Assembly: GCA_045589455.1 (NCBI GenBank)
Contig: JAZNPC010000010.1
Location: forward strand, 149-64,148
From: Kiritimatiellia bacterium
GTDB lineage: Bacteria; Verrucomicrobiota; Kiritimatiellia; RFP12; UBA3636
DNA length: 64,000 nt
Direction: 5' to 3'
Shown here: in pieces, positions 51,193 through 59,950 of the stretch
Numbering within the stretch: the stretch's first letter is position 1
Layout of the letters: each line of letters starts with the position of its first letter
The notes under the pieces: model-generated
Databases searched by the model: none
The model's input: the letters and a program-made list of their open reading frames with translations, nothing else
Told to the model about the DNA's origin: nothing
Position numbers and translations under genes: made by a program

Positions 51193-51504
51193 TTGAATAG
51201 CAAGTTTTCTACAATAGAAAAGTTAAAGCCTTATTGGGACGATTTTAAAACAATTTTCTCTATGATTAAGGATTGCGTTACTGGAAAGTATAAAGAAACA
51301 CCATTTACAACAATTGCTAGCTTAGCTGGTGTATTAATTTATGTTCTTTCTCCAATTGATTTAATGGCTGATTTCATTCCACTTCTAGGATATGTGGATG
51401 ATGCTGCAATCTTGGGTCTTGCCATTAAACTAGCTGCTGCAGATATTGAAAAATATCGTCAGTGGAAAAAGACAATAGATGTAGAAGAAAAGCAGGTCAA
51501 CTAA
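51193..51504 (+). CDS. YkvA/DUF1232-family small membrane-associated protein. The frame is disrupted relative to an upstream ATG
   Basis: Carries the SPIDLMADFIPLLGYVDDAAILG motif characteristic of DUF1232. The annotated frame begins with TTG. A strong AGGAG RBS plus ATG at 51083 lies in the +1 frame, and the two frames would join if the A6 run at 51118-51123 were A7. Confidence 0.6.
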   Translation: MNSKFSTIEKLKPYWDDFKTIFSMIKDCVTGKYKETPFTTIASLAGVLIYVLSPIDLMADFIPLLGYVDDAAILGLAIKLAAADIEKYRQWKKTIDVEEKQVN

Positions 51505-51584
51505 TTTTCCCCAAAGAGCAAATCTAGCCTAGATTTCTTAGCTAGATTTGCTTTCCCCATAAATATATTCAAGAAATTGTAATT

Positions 51585-52172
51585 ATGAATAACATAGATA
51601 CTGGCCACGGAGCTGAAATTGCAGTAGGCTTAAGGAGTTGCTCTTCGATTATCCTTGTCCCTATTATTGCAATATGCTCAGGCATTATCATTGGTAAAGA
51701 GTACGGAACAGTTGTTGGTATTCTTGGTGGTATTGTTTGTAGCTCTATCTTTTTTAAGCTTTACCATAGGTTTATCGCTACGCAGATTAAAGGACTTACA
51801 GTACTAGACTGCTTGATTCCGTTTTTAGTTTCACTCGTTTCTGGTGTCATTTTTGCTCCAGTGTCACTTTTTTCAGCTAGTGTCTTTTCAATAGCCACAT
51901 GTATTTACTCTGGAGTACTATTGTCAGCAACACTATTCTTGTATAAGGCACAAAAAGTGTCTGTAGGATACCTTGTATTCCCATTTCTAGTCTTTATGTA
52001 TGAAATATTACCTATAGAGCTACCAACGGATCTAGATAACATATTTGCGCTTTCTGGTAATACAGTTCATCAGTTTATTGCATTAACTGCAGCTAAGATG
52101 AAAAAATCGCTCTCTAATGATTCTCCTACCTCAACAGATGACGAGACCATTATTGATGTCGACCCAGAGTAG
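51585..52172 (+). CDS. Polytopic membrane protein of unknown function
   Basis: 195 aa with 4-5 hydrophobic helices and an acidic C-terminal tail. It lies within the AT-rich island. Confidence 0.5.
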   Translation: MNNIDTGHGAEIAVGLRSCSSIILVPIIAICSGIIIGKEYGTVVGILGGIVCSSIFFKLYHRFIATQIKGLTVLDCLIPFLVSLVSGVIFAPVSLFSASVFSIATCIYSGVLLSATLFLYKAQKVSVGYLVFPFLVFMYEILPIELPTDLDNIFALSGNTVHQFIALTAAKMKKSLSNDSPTSTDDETIIDVDPE

Positions 52173-52248
52173 AAGCATATTTGGTAAATATATTTTATTT
52201 TGCATAGTATCATTTCTATGATGTAATAAAGAAATAAAGAAAGTTTTT

Positions 52249-53868
52249 ATGTGTTTATGGATTGTTGTTGGTTCTATTTTAGCATTTATTATAACAATAT
52301 GTATTATGTATTGGAATGTTGTTAAAATTTTATTAATTATAGTTGCTATAATTTATGTGCTATCTTTATTAGTCAGCTTAATTAAAAAAGTAATTAAAAA
52401 GGTTGAGCATGAAAATGAGTTGAAATTATTTGCTATAAATGAAGAGAATAAAACCGAAGAAAAAAAACAAAACATAAATTTCAAAAAGTTGTCAAATATA
52501 CTTTTTGTATCAACAATAGATTTAAGAGAGCATCCATTAAAAAACGAAAAGTATAAAAAACGTAAACAATATTTTGAAGTATTAATGTTTCTAATTAATA
52601 ATTCAGTGATTTCAGAAAAATTGAAAGATTTTACTGAAGGTCGTTTATCTATGTATTTTGATTGTTTGTTGCCTGAATTGATGTCTGAAAAGAGTGAAAT
52701 ATTAAATCAAAAAATAGAAGAAAAGGTTTTTATAAAAAAATTAATGCCTTTGTTTTATTTTGCTAATGTAAAGTATTCATATATATTTCTGTCAGATTTG
52801 TGTTTGTTTCTTCAAGAAGAATCGCTAATTTCATATGCAATAGTTGTATTAAAACGATATCTACCCAAATTTATGTGGGCAAAAATAGATAAAAAATATT
52901 ATAGAATTAAAAATTTATCAGTAATATCTGAAAAATATAAGCAGATTGCTGTTTTAATAGAGCAATATAAAACCAATATTGAATTTTTTGCTAGAAAGGA
53001 AAAAAGGGTAATTGTTACAGCTCTTGTTAGTGCAGGAAAATCAACACTAATTAATTCTTTAATTGGAGAAAGATTAACTAGAACAAAATCGGAAATTTGT
53101 ACAAGTAATTTGGCATACATATATAATAAAGCCTATAATGATGGGACCCTTCATTTTTATCAAAATGATAATAAAAAATCTTCTATAAACCAATGTGTGT
53201 GCTTTAATGCAAGTGAAGATGACATAAATACTTATGATATAAATGAAAAAATAAATGTTTCTGCATCGTTTTTAGGTGTTTACTCAAATTGGTCTAGAAT
53301 TTGTTTAATAGATACACCAGGGGTTGATGCTGCTATTAATGTGGAACATGGGGAGTGTACAAAAAAAGCTCTTTTAAATGAGTGTTATGATATGATTCTT
53401 TATGTGGTAAGTCCAAATCAAATAAGTACGGATTCACAAAAAGAATATTTAAAATGGATATTAAATAATCTTCCTAAAAAAAAGATAGTTTTCGTTATTA
53501 ATAAATTAGATACATTAAAACCTAAAGAAGATAGTATAGCTGATACAATATTTAATTTTTATAAAGATTTATGTGATATCGGTTTTAAGAATCCTACTAT
53601 TTGTCCAATATCTTCTTATTTTTCTTTCTTATTAAAGCAAAAAATATCAGGAAAAGACTTTTCCGAAGATGAAATTGACGATTTTAGGTTTTATAGTAGT
53701 AGGTTTTCTAAACCATTTTATAATTTATCAGGATATTATAACGAAGAATTAGAAGATATTAATCTTGAAATAAATGATTTATTGCAATTAAGCAAACGTT
53801 GTGGTTTATATGGTATTGAAAAAATAATAAATGAGGAAATAAATGAAAAAAATATTTATAAAATATAA
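52249..53868 (+). CDS. Bacterial dynamin-like GTPase 1, N-terminally membrane-anchored
   Basis: Two N-terminal TM helices. The dynamin-type G domain has G1 (ALVSAGKSTLINSLIG), G3 (LIDTPGVD) and G4 (FVINKLD) motifs. The 3' end overlaps the next gene. Confidence 0.8.
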   Translation: MCLWIVVGSILAFIITICIMYWNVVKILLIIVAIIYVLSLLVSLIKKVIKKVEHENELKLFAINEENKTEEKKQNINFKKLSNILFVSTIDLREHPLKNEKYKKRKQYFEVLMFLINNSVISEKLKDFTEGRLSMYFDCLLPELMSEKSEILNQKIEEKVFIKKLMPLFYFANVKYSYIFLSDLCLFLQEESLISYAIVVLKRYLPKFMWAKIDKKYYRIKNLSVISEKYKQIAVLIEQYKTNIEFFARKEKRVIVTALVSAGKSTLINSLIGERLTRTKSEICTSNLAYIYNKAYNDGTLHFYQNDNKKSSINQCVCFNASEDDINTYDINEKINVSASFLGVYSNWSRICLIDTPGVDAAINVEHGECTKKALLNECYDMILYVVSPNQISTDSQKEYLKWILNNLPKKKIVFVINKLDTLKPKEDSIADTIFNFYKDLCDIGFKNPTICPISSYFSFLLKQKISGKDFSEDEIDDFRFYSSRFSKPFYNLSGYYNEELEDINLEINDLLQLSKRCGLYGIEKIINEEINEKNIYKI

Positions 53869-56134
53869 CCCTTATTATTTGGAAACAAAATTTACTATAG
53901 ATGGTAAATCTCTTCCTACAAATAGTGAAATTAATGCACGTATTAATCAACCTGATGTGCGTCTACAAGAGTGGATAGAAGATTTACCTCAGCTTTTGAT
54001 TGATGAATGTAACGATAAGAAGTTTGACATTCAATTTCATGGTACTATATTAGATTACGAAGATGTTAAAGAGGTGTTTGAATGTGCTTCTAATGAAGAA
54101 AAGTTAGAGGTGAAGCTAGATAGAATACCTGCAAAAGAAACATCTGAAAAGGAATCTTTAATTGAAGATGTATTTAAAGAAATACAAAATGGACCTATTG
54201 ATGAACTACGTGATGAGAAAATAATTAATGCATTTAATAATGCAAAAAATAGTGAGTTTGAAATTTGTGTTGTAGCTACAATGAGTGCAGGTAAGTCTAC
54301 ATTGATAAATTCAATGCTTGGAGACAAAATGATGCCTTCAAGTCAAGAGGCTTGCACGGCCATTATTACTAGAATTAAAGATGTTGATTCAAATGTTAAT
54401 TGGCATGCTAAAGTATTTGGAAAAGATAACGAACTATTAGAATCAGTTGAAAGTCTTACATATGAAGAGATGGATAGATTTAATAGAGATTCTAAAGTAT
54501 CTTTAATACAAGCCGAAGGTAATATTCCTTTTGTAACCTCACAAAAAACTTCACTAGTTTTAATTGATACTCCTGGTCCAAATAATTCTAGAGATAAAGA
54601 ACATGAAAAAGTTCAAAGTAGATTTTTAGGTAAGTCGTCTAAAGCACTTGTCCTTTATATTATGGAAGGGACATATGGAAATAATGACGACAATGAATTG
54701 CTTCGTAAGGTTGCAGAGAGTATGAAGTCAGGCGGAAAGCAATCTAAAGACCGTTTCCTTTTTGTTATAAATAAGGTTGATGATCGTAAGCAAGAAGATA
54801 GTAAAATGGAGGATATGCTTTTAAGAATTAAGGACTATTTACAAATACATGGAGTTAAAAATCCAAATTTATATCCTGCAGCAGCTTTACCCGCACTTAA
54901 CATAAGATTAATGCAATCACATAATGACATTCTTGATGAAGACATTCTTGATGAAACAGAATTTAAAGTTAAAAAGTTAAATAGAAATGTTGATTTGCAT
55001 TTAGAAAAGTATTCTTCATTACCATTAAGCCTTAGAAGAAAAATTGATTCTGATTTAGAAATTGCTAAAAATAATGGAGATGTGTTTACACAGGCCTTAA
55101 TTCATACAGGAATAGTTTCTGTTGAGACGGCGATTCGTCAATATGTTGAAAAATATGCAAAAACAGCGAAAATTAAAAATATTGTAGATACTTTTAAAGG
55201 AAAATTAGAGGCTGTTTCTTATGAACAAGAAATGAAGAAAGAGATTGCTAAAAATGAAGAAGAGTGTGAAAAGATTACTGCACAAATAAGTTCGATAGAG
55301 AGTCAAATTAAAGACGGAAAAAATGCTCAAGTATTTAAAAAAGAAGTTTCAAAAGCATTGAAAAAAGTTAAAAAAGAAATAGAGGAAAAGATTAATCAAA
55401 ATGTAGAAGAGTTTCAAAATGAATTATTGGAAATAATTAACACATATGGGAATGATGATATTCCCGTTGAAAAAATCTCTTCAATTTTGTCTCAGGTAAG
55501 TAAAAAGGTAAAGTCAATCGAAGCAAATTTTCAAGTTGCTTTAGAGGGATCAATCAATACTGGATTAATATCAACAAGTAAATATCTTTTAGAAGAGTAT
55601 AAAACAAAACTATCATCGTTAACAAAAGATATAGATTTGAAAAACCTTTCAGGAGTTTTTATTGACCCATTGAAGTTAATGTCAGGTAGTGTTCCAAGTA
55701 TAGATAGCTTAAATATTGATGTAGAAGAAAAAGAAGAGGTAGTAGGTGAAGAATGGATTGAAAATACAAACAAAAAATGGTGGAAGTTTTGGACTTGGTT
55801 TGATGATCCTGGTCATTATATAACAAAGTATAAAACTGTAAAATATGTTTTAGGTAGCGAATTAGCTCAAGAAATGCTCGCACCTATAGAGGATACATTA
55901 ATTCAAAACGGAGAATCTGCATTAAAACAAGCGTTATATCAATCTCAAAGAATAGCGGAAAAATATGAGAAAGAGTTTGTTCGTTTAGATGATGTATTGA
56001 CAAAAAAATTGCGTGAGTTAAAACAAATTACTTCTGATAAAACAAACAAAGAGAAGTTGATTAACGATGCACAAGGAAAATTAAATTGGTTAGATAATAT
56101 TAAGAAAAGAGTTGATTCGATTCTTGAAATATAA
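53843..56134 (+). CDS. Bacterial dynamin-like GTPase 2 with a long helical stalk
   Basis: G1 (VATMSAGKSTLINSMLG), G3 (LIDTPGPN) and G4 (FVINKVDD). There is about 440 aa of charged, coiled-coil-like C-terminal sequence. The start overlaps the preceding DLP gene by 26 nt. Confidence 0.85.
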   Translation: MKKIFIKYNPYYLETKFTIDGKSLPTNSEINARINQPDVRLQEWIEDLPQLLIDECNDKKFDIQFHGTILDYEDVKEVFECASNEEKLEVKLDRIPAKETSEKESLIEDVFKEIQNGPIDELRDEKIINAFNNAKNSEFEICVVATMSAGKSTLINSMLGDKMMPSSQEACTAIITRIKDVDSNVNWHAKVFGKDNELLESVESLTYEEMDRFNRDSKVSLIQAEGNIPFVTSQKTSLVLIDTPGPNNSRDKEHEKVQSRFLGKSSKALVLYIMEGTYGNNDDNELLRKVAESMKSGGKQSKDRFLFVINKVDDRKQEDSKMEDMLLRIKDYLQIHGVKNPNLYPAAALPALNIRLMQSHNDILDEDILDETEFKVKKLNRNVDLHLEKYSSLPLSLRRKIDSDLEIAKNNGDVFTQALIHTGIVSVETAIRQYVEKYAKTAKIKNIVDTFKGKLEAVSYEQEMKKEIAKNEEECEKITAQISSIESQIKDGKNAQVFKKEVSKALKKVKKEIEEKINQNVEEFQNELLEIINTYGNDDIPVEKISSILSQVSKKVKSIEANFQVALEGSINTGLISTSKYLLEEYKTKLSSLTKDIDLKNLSGVFIDPLKLMSGSVPSIDSLNIDVEEKEEVVGEEWIENTNKKWWKFWTWFDDPGHYITKYKTVKYVLGSELAQEMLAPIEDTLIQNGESALKQALYQSQRIAEKYEKEFVRLDDVLTKKLRELKQITSDKTNKEKLINDAQGKLNWLDNIKKRVDSILEI

Positions 56135-56145
56135 AGGAGTATATT

Positions 56146-56664
56146 ATGCCTTTAACTAAAGCATTTTATGAAGCAATAAGAACAAAAAATGTTCGTCGAG
56201 TTAGAATAATGTTAAAAAATAGCCTTGTTGTTGATCCATCCTTTTCTGAATATAAATCAATGATTGATATTGCATCTAATTTAGAAGGATTGTTTGATGA
56301 GCATGATGGAAAGATTTTTAATAATGAAAAAAGTTTTTGGAACGATGAATATGTAAGTAAAGAAATGGCAAGACTTATTTCTAATTTTTCTAAGGAAAGA
56401 ATTGATCATTTAAAGGATGTTATTCGTTTCTTGAATCCGATGAATACTAATCAACAAAAGCATTATGGTAAATCCAAAAGGTTTTCACATCAAAAGAGAA
56501 AAATAATTACAGGAGCAGTTGTTGGTGCTACAATTGGTGCATTGTTAGGTAATGTAATAAATGACGAGAATGGAATTGTGTCAGTATTATTCGGAGTTGC
56601 AGGAGCTATAGCTGGTAGTGTTGTTGTGAATTGTATCTCTAATGAGGATAAAGGAAATGAGTGA
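56146..56664 (+). CDS. Small protein with a C-terminal glycine-zipper membrane segment
   Basis: 172 aa. The N-terminal ~120 aa form a soluble domain, followed by ITGAVVGATIGALLGNV…VLFGVAGAIAGSVVV (GxxxG repeats). There is an AGGAG RBS. Confidence 0.6.
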   Translation: MPLTKAFYEAIRTKNVRRVRIMLKNSLVVDPSFSEYKSMIDIASNLEGLFDEHDGKIFNNEKSFWNDEYVSKEMARLISNFSKERIDHLKDVIRFLNPMNTNQQKHYGKSKRFSHQKRKIITGAVVGATIGALLGNVINDENGIVSVLFGVAGAIAGSVVVNCISNEDKGNE

Positions 56665-59600
56665 TAGAGTTGTTTTGGTCAAAGACCATAATTTGAACAA
56701 TTCAATTTTGACGGATGATAATCTTATTGGACAAGGAGAGGGTAAATTTCCTTCGATAACTAAATTGGAGTCAAATTTAAAAGAATCAAGTAAGCTTGTA
56801 CAAGATATTGTTTTGAAAAATTATTTACACAAGTTAAAAGATTTAGAAGTTGTTCCTTTGCCCAATGAATTCAAAGATATAAATAAGCTTCGAATTTTTG
56901 AAATAAACGAAATGGTTTATCAAAAGGATGAATATTCAACCTATAAATTTGCTTCTGTTTTTAGCTCTTTACAAAGCTTAGATTGTGGAGTGTTTATTAT
57001 TGTCAATAGCAATGGAGAAAAAACAGATTTTTATATGGGAGTTCGTTCTAAAGATAATAATCGTACTACTAAATCTTTAAAAGATACTTTGAAAAATGCT
57101 TTGATTGGGCATTTCCCTGGTGTTAAAGTGAAAGATATGTTAGACCCAGAAGTAGAGGATTTTTTATCTGAAATTTCAAAAAATAATGTATCTTCAGTAT
57201 CATGTATTGCTAATAATAAAGATGAAGATTTTAAGAATAATGATAATTTTATCCAAGGTCTTGAAAAATTGGCTTTAGCAATGCAAGGGAAAAAATATAC
57301 TGCTATAGTGCTAGCAAACTCTATTAATAATAGTCAAATTTCGGATGTTCGGAGTGCTTATGAAACCATTTACACTCAGATATCTCCTTTTGCTAATATG
57401 CAACTTTCATATGGGACGAATACTGCTTTAAGTATTTCTGATGCTTTGTCTAAAGGAGCTACAACAGGAAGTTCTTATTCTAAAAATATAGGTACTTCTA
57501 GAGGAACTTCAACATCAAGTGGGGATACATATTCCGAATCAGCTTCAAAGCCTGACATTTTATCTTCTGGATTAAAGATTGCGGGGGCTGCTATTTTAGG
57601 AGCCGCTGCTATAGCTACTGCTATTCCTACAGGAGGGGTTAGTTTAGCAGTAGCTGGAGCAGCTATAGTGAATTCAATTCCAATGGTAACCAAAACCAAA
57701 GGTCGTTCTCACTCAAAAAACAAATCTCAAAGTGTAACATCTAACGAAGGTGAAACATTTGGAGAAAATTCTAGTACTTCTGAAAATGCTACCCATACTA
57801 TAGGAGAAACCATTGGAAAAACAGAAAATATGCAGTTAACAATGCAAAATAAAACATTGTTAAATACATTGGAGAAAATAGATTGTCAGTTACAACGTCT
57901 TAATGAGTGTGAAAGTTTAGGGATGTGGGAATGTGCTGCGTATTTTATGTCAGATAGTTTAGAAACTGTTGAGATGGCCGCAGGAACATATAAGGCTTTA
58001 ATGAAAGGCTCTAAATCAGGTGTTGAAACATCCGCAATTAATACTTGGGGATGGTATGAAAAAAATAAAATTCCAATATTATGTGAATATATTACAAATT
58101 TTATACACCCAATATTTGCCTACCCTACAGATGGAGAATTTATCCCAGTGACTCCAGCATCAATGGTAAGTAGTAATGAGCTTGCAATTCAAATGGGGTT
58201 GCCTAGGAAATCTGTATGTGGTTTTCCTGTTGTTGAACATGCTGAATTTGGAAAAGAGGTTGTTTCTAACTTAGACATTAAATCCTCAAGAACTATTCCT
58301 ATTGGGAATATTTTTTCTATGGGTTCAGAAACAAAAACACCAGTTAAATTAAGTATAGATTCATTGACAATGCATACATTTGTGACTGGTTCAACAGGTT
58401 CAGGTAAGAGTAATACATTATATGAGATTTTGTATCAATTGCATAATTTCAATAATGTCCCTTTTCTAGTAATAGAACCAGCAAAAGGTGAGTATAAAAA
58501 CATTTTTGGAAATTCTCATAATGTGTCAGTATATGGAACGAATGCAAAGAAAACTGAGGTCTTAAAAATAAACCCTTTTAGTTTCCCAGATGATATTCAT
58601 GTATTAGAGCATTTGGATAGACTAGTAGAAATATTTAATGTATGTTGGCCAATGTATGCTGCGATGCCCGCAATTTTGAAGGAAGCAATTGAAAAGGCAT
58701 ATATTTCTGTTGGTTGGGATTTGATTGATTCAATAAATGTCAATGGAAATATATTCCCAAATTTCACTGATGTTTTAGAACAAATTGAGATTGTTATTAA
58801 TGAGTCTCAATATTCAAAAGATTGTAAAGGAGATTATTCTGGTGCTTTAACAACGAGAATTCGCTCTATGACAACAGGTTTAAATCGTCTTATTTTTACA
58901 CAAAATGAAATTTCTAATTCTGATTTATTTGATAAAAGTGTTATTGTTGATTTAAGTAGAGTTGGATCTACAGAAGAGAAAGCTTTAATTATGGGAGTTC
59001 TTGTAATGAAGCTGAATGAATATAGAATGACATCAGGGAAGATAAATAGCTCATTGTCTCACATAACAGTTTTGGAAGAAGCACATAATTTGTTGAAGCG
59101 TACATCAACAGAACAAAGCTCAGAGAGTTCAAACCTTCTTGGTAAATCAGTAGAAATGCTCTCAAATTCTATCGCAGAAATGCGTACATATGGAGAGGGA
59201 TTTATTATTGCTGATCAAGCACCAGGTTTGTTAGACATGTCTGTAATACGAAATACAAATACAAAAATTATACTTCGTTTGCCAGAGAAAAGTGATAGAG
59301 AATTAGTTGGTTATGCTGCTTGTTTAAAGGATAATCAGTTAGATGAAATCTCTAAGCTGCATAGAGGCGTTGCGGTAATATATCAAAATGATTGGATAGA
59401 GCCAGTTCTTGTACAGATTAGAAAATGCAATTTAGAAGAGAATTCTTATTCATACAACCCGCCATCAAAACAAACATCAAAACCGAATGTCTTGAAGCAA
59501 TTGATAAATTTTTTAATATGTAATAATGTTAGGGAAAAATTAGATTTCTCTATTGCAGATATAGAGCAAGGAATAGATTTTTTAGCTTTGTCTTCGTCAA

Positions 59601-59950
59601 ATTTAAATTTTATTAAAAAACTACTTGGAGAATATAAAAAGTTTAATTCATTAGAAATATGGAGTAACCATAAATATAATTCACTTGCTTTAAATATAGT
59701 GAATATTCTTAATCTTAGAAATAAAATTGAGCAATTAGTTTTAAATTCATCTAATAACTCATCGTTAACACATGATTTAAAAGAAATTGTTTTAGATATA
59801 TTCCCAAAATCTTCTGAATCATTTATTATGACTTTAATACATTTGTTTATGAAGGACTTTAGTTTAAGTCGAGAGGAAAATGAACAACGTACTAAAATAT
59901 ATTTAAATTGGTTAAGTTATATTACAAAATATGGAGTAAAAAATGATTAA
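56657..59950 (+). CDS. Large fusion protein with an N-terminal unknown domain, a Gly/Ser/Thr-rich glycine-zipper hydrophobic segment, and a C-terminal HerA/FtsK-superfamily (DUF87-like) ATPase
   Basis: The ORF runs from 56642. The ATG at 56657 has an AAAGGA RBS. The hydrophobic Gly-zipper segment is LKIAGAAILGAAAIATAIPTGGVSLAVAGAAIV. Walker A (VTGSTGSGKSNTLYEIL) is encoded at about 58384-58410, and Walker B (ITVLEEAHNL) at about 59059-59085. The 3' end overlaps the next ORF by 8 nt. Confidence 0.8.
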   Translation: MSDRVVLVKDHNLNNSILTDDNLIGQGEGKFPSITKLESNLKESSKLVQDIVLKNYLHKLKDLEVVPLPNEFKDINKLRIFEINEMVYQKDEYSTYKFASVFSSLQSLDCGVFIIVNSNGEKTDFYMGVRSKDNNRTTKSLKDTLKNALIGHFPGVKVKDMLDPEVEDFLSEISKNNVSSVSCIANNKDEDFKNNDNFIQGLEKLALAMQGKKYTAIVLANSINNSQISDVRSAYETIYTQISPFANMQLSYGTNTALSISDALSKGATTGSSYSKNIGTSRGTSTSSGDTYSESASKPDILSSGLKIAGAAILGAAAIATAIPTGGVSLAVAGAAIVNSIPMVTKTKGRSHSKNKSQSVTSNEGETFGENSSTSENATHTIGETIGKTENMQLTMQNKTLLNTLEKIDCQLQRLNECESLGMWECAAYFMSDSLETVEMAAGTYKALMKGSKSGVETSAINTWGWYEKNKIPILCEYITNFIHPIFAYPTDGEFIPVTPASMVSSNELAIQMGLPRKSVCGFPVVEHAEFGKEVVSNLDIKSSRTIPIGNIFSMGSETKTPVKLSIDSLTMHTFVTGSTGSGKSNTLYEILYQLHNFNNVPFLVIEPAKGEYKNIFGNSHNVSVYGTNAKKTEVLKINPFSFPDDIHVLEHLDRLVEIFNVCWPMYAAMPAILKEAIEKAYISVGWDLIDSINVNGNIFPNFTDVLEQIEIVINESQYSKDCKGDYSGALTTRIRSMTTGLNRLIFTQNEISNSDLFDKSVIVDLSRVGSTEEKALIMGVLVMKLNEYRMTSGKINSSLSHITVLEEAHNLLKRTSTEQSSESSNLLGKSVEMLSNSIAEMRTYGEGFIIADQAPGLLDMSVIRNTNTKIILRLPEKSDRELVGYAACLKDNQLDEISKLHRGVAVIYQNDWIEPVLVQIRKCNLEENSYSYNPPSKQTSKPNVLKQLINFLICNNVREKLDFSIADIEQGIDFLALSSSNLNFIKKLLGEYKKFNSLEIWSNHKYNSLALNIVNILNLRNKIEQLVLNSSNNSSLTHDLKEIVLDIFPKSSESFIMTLIHLFMKDFSLSREENEQRTKIYLNWLSYITKYGVKND

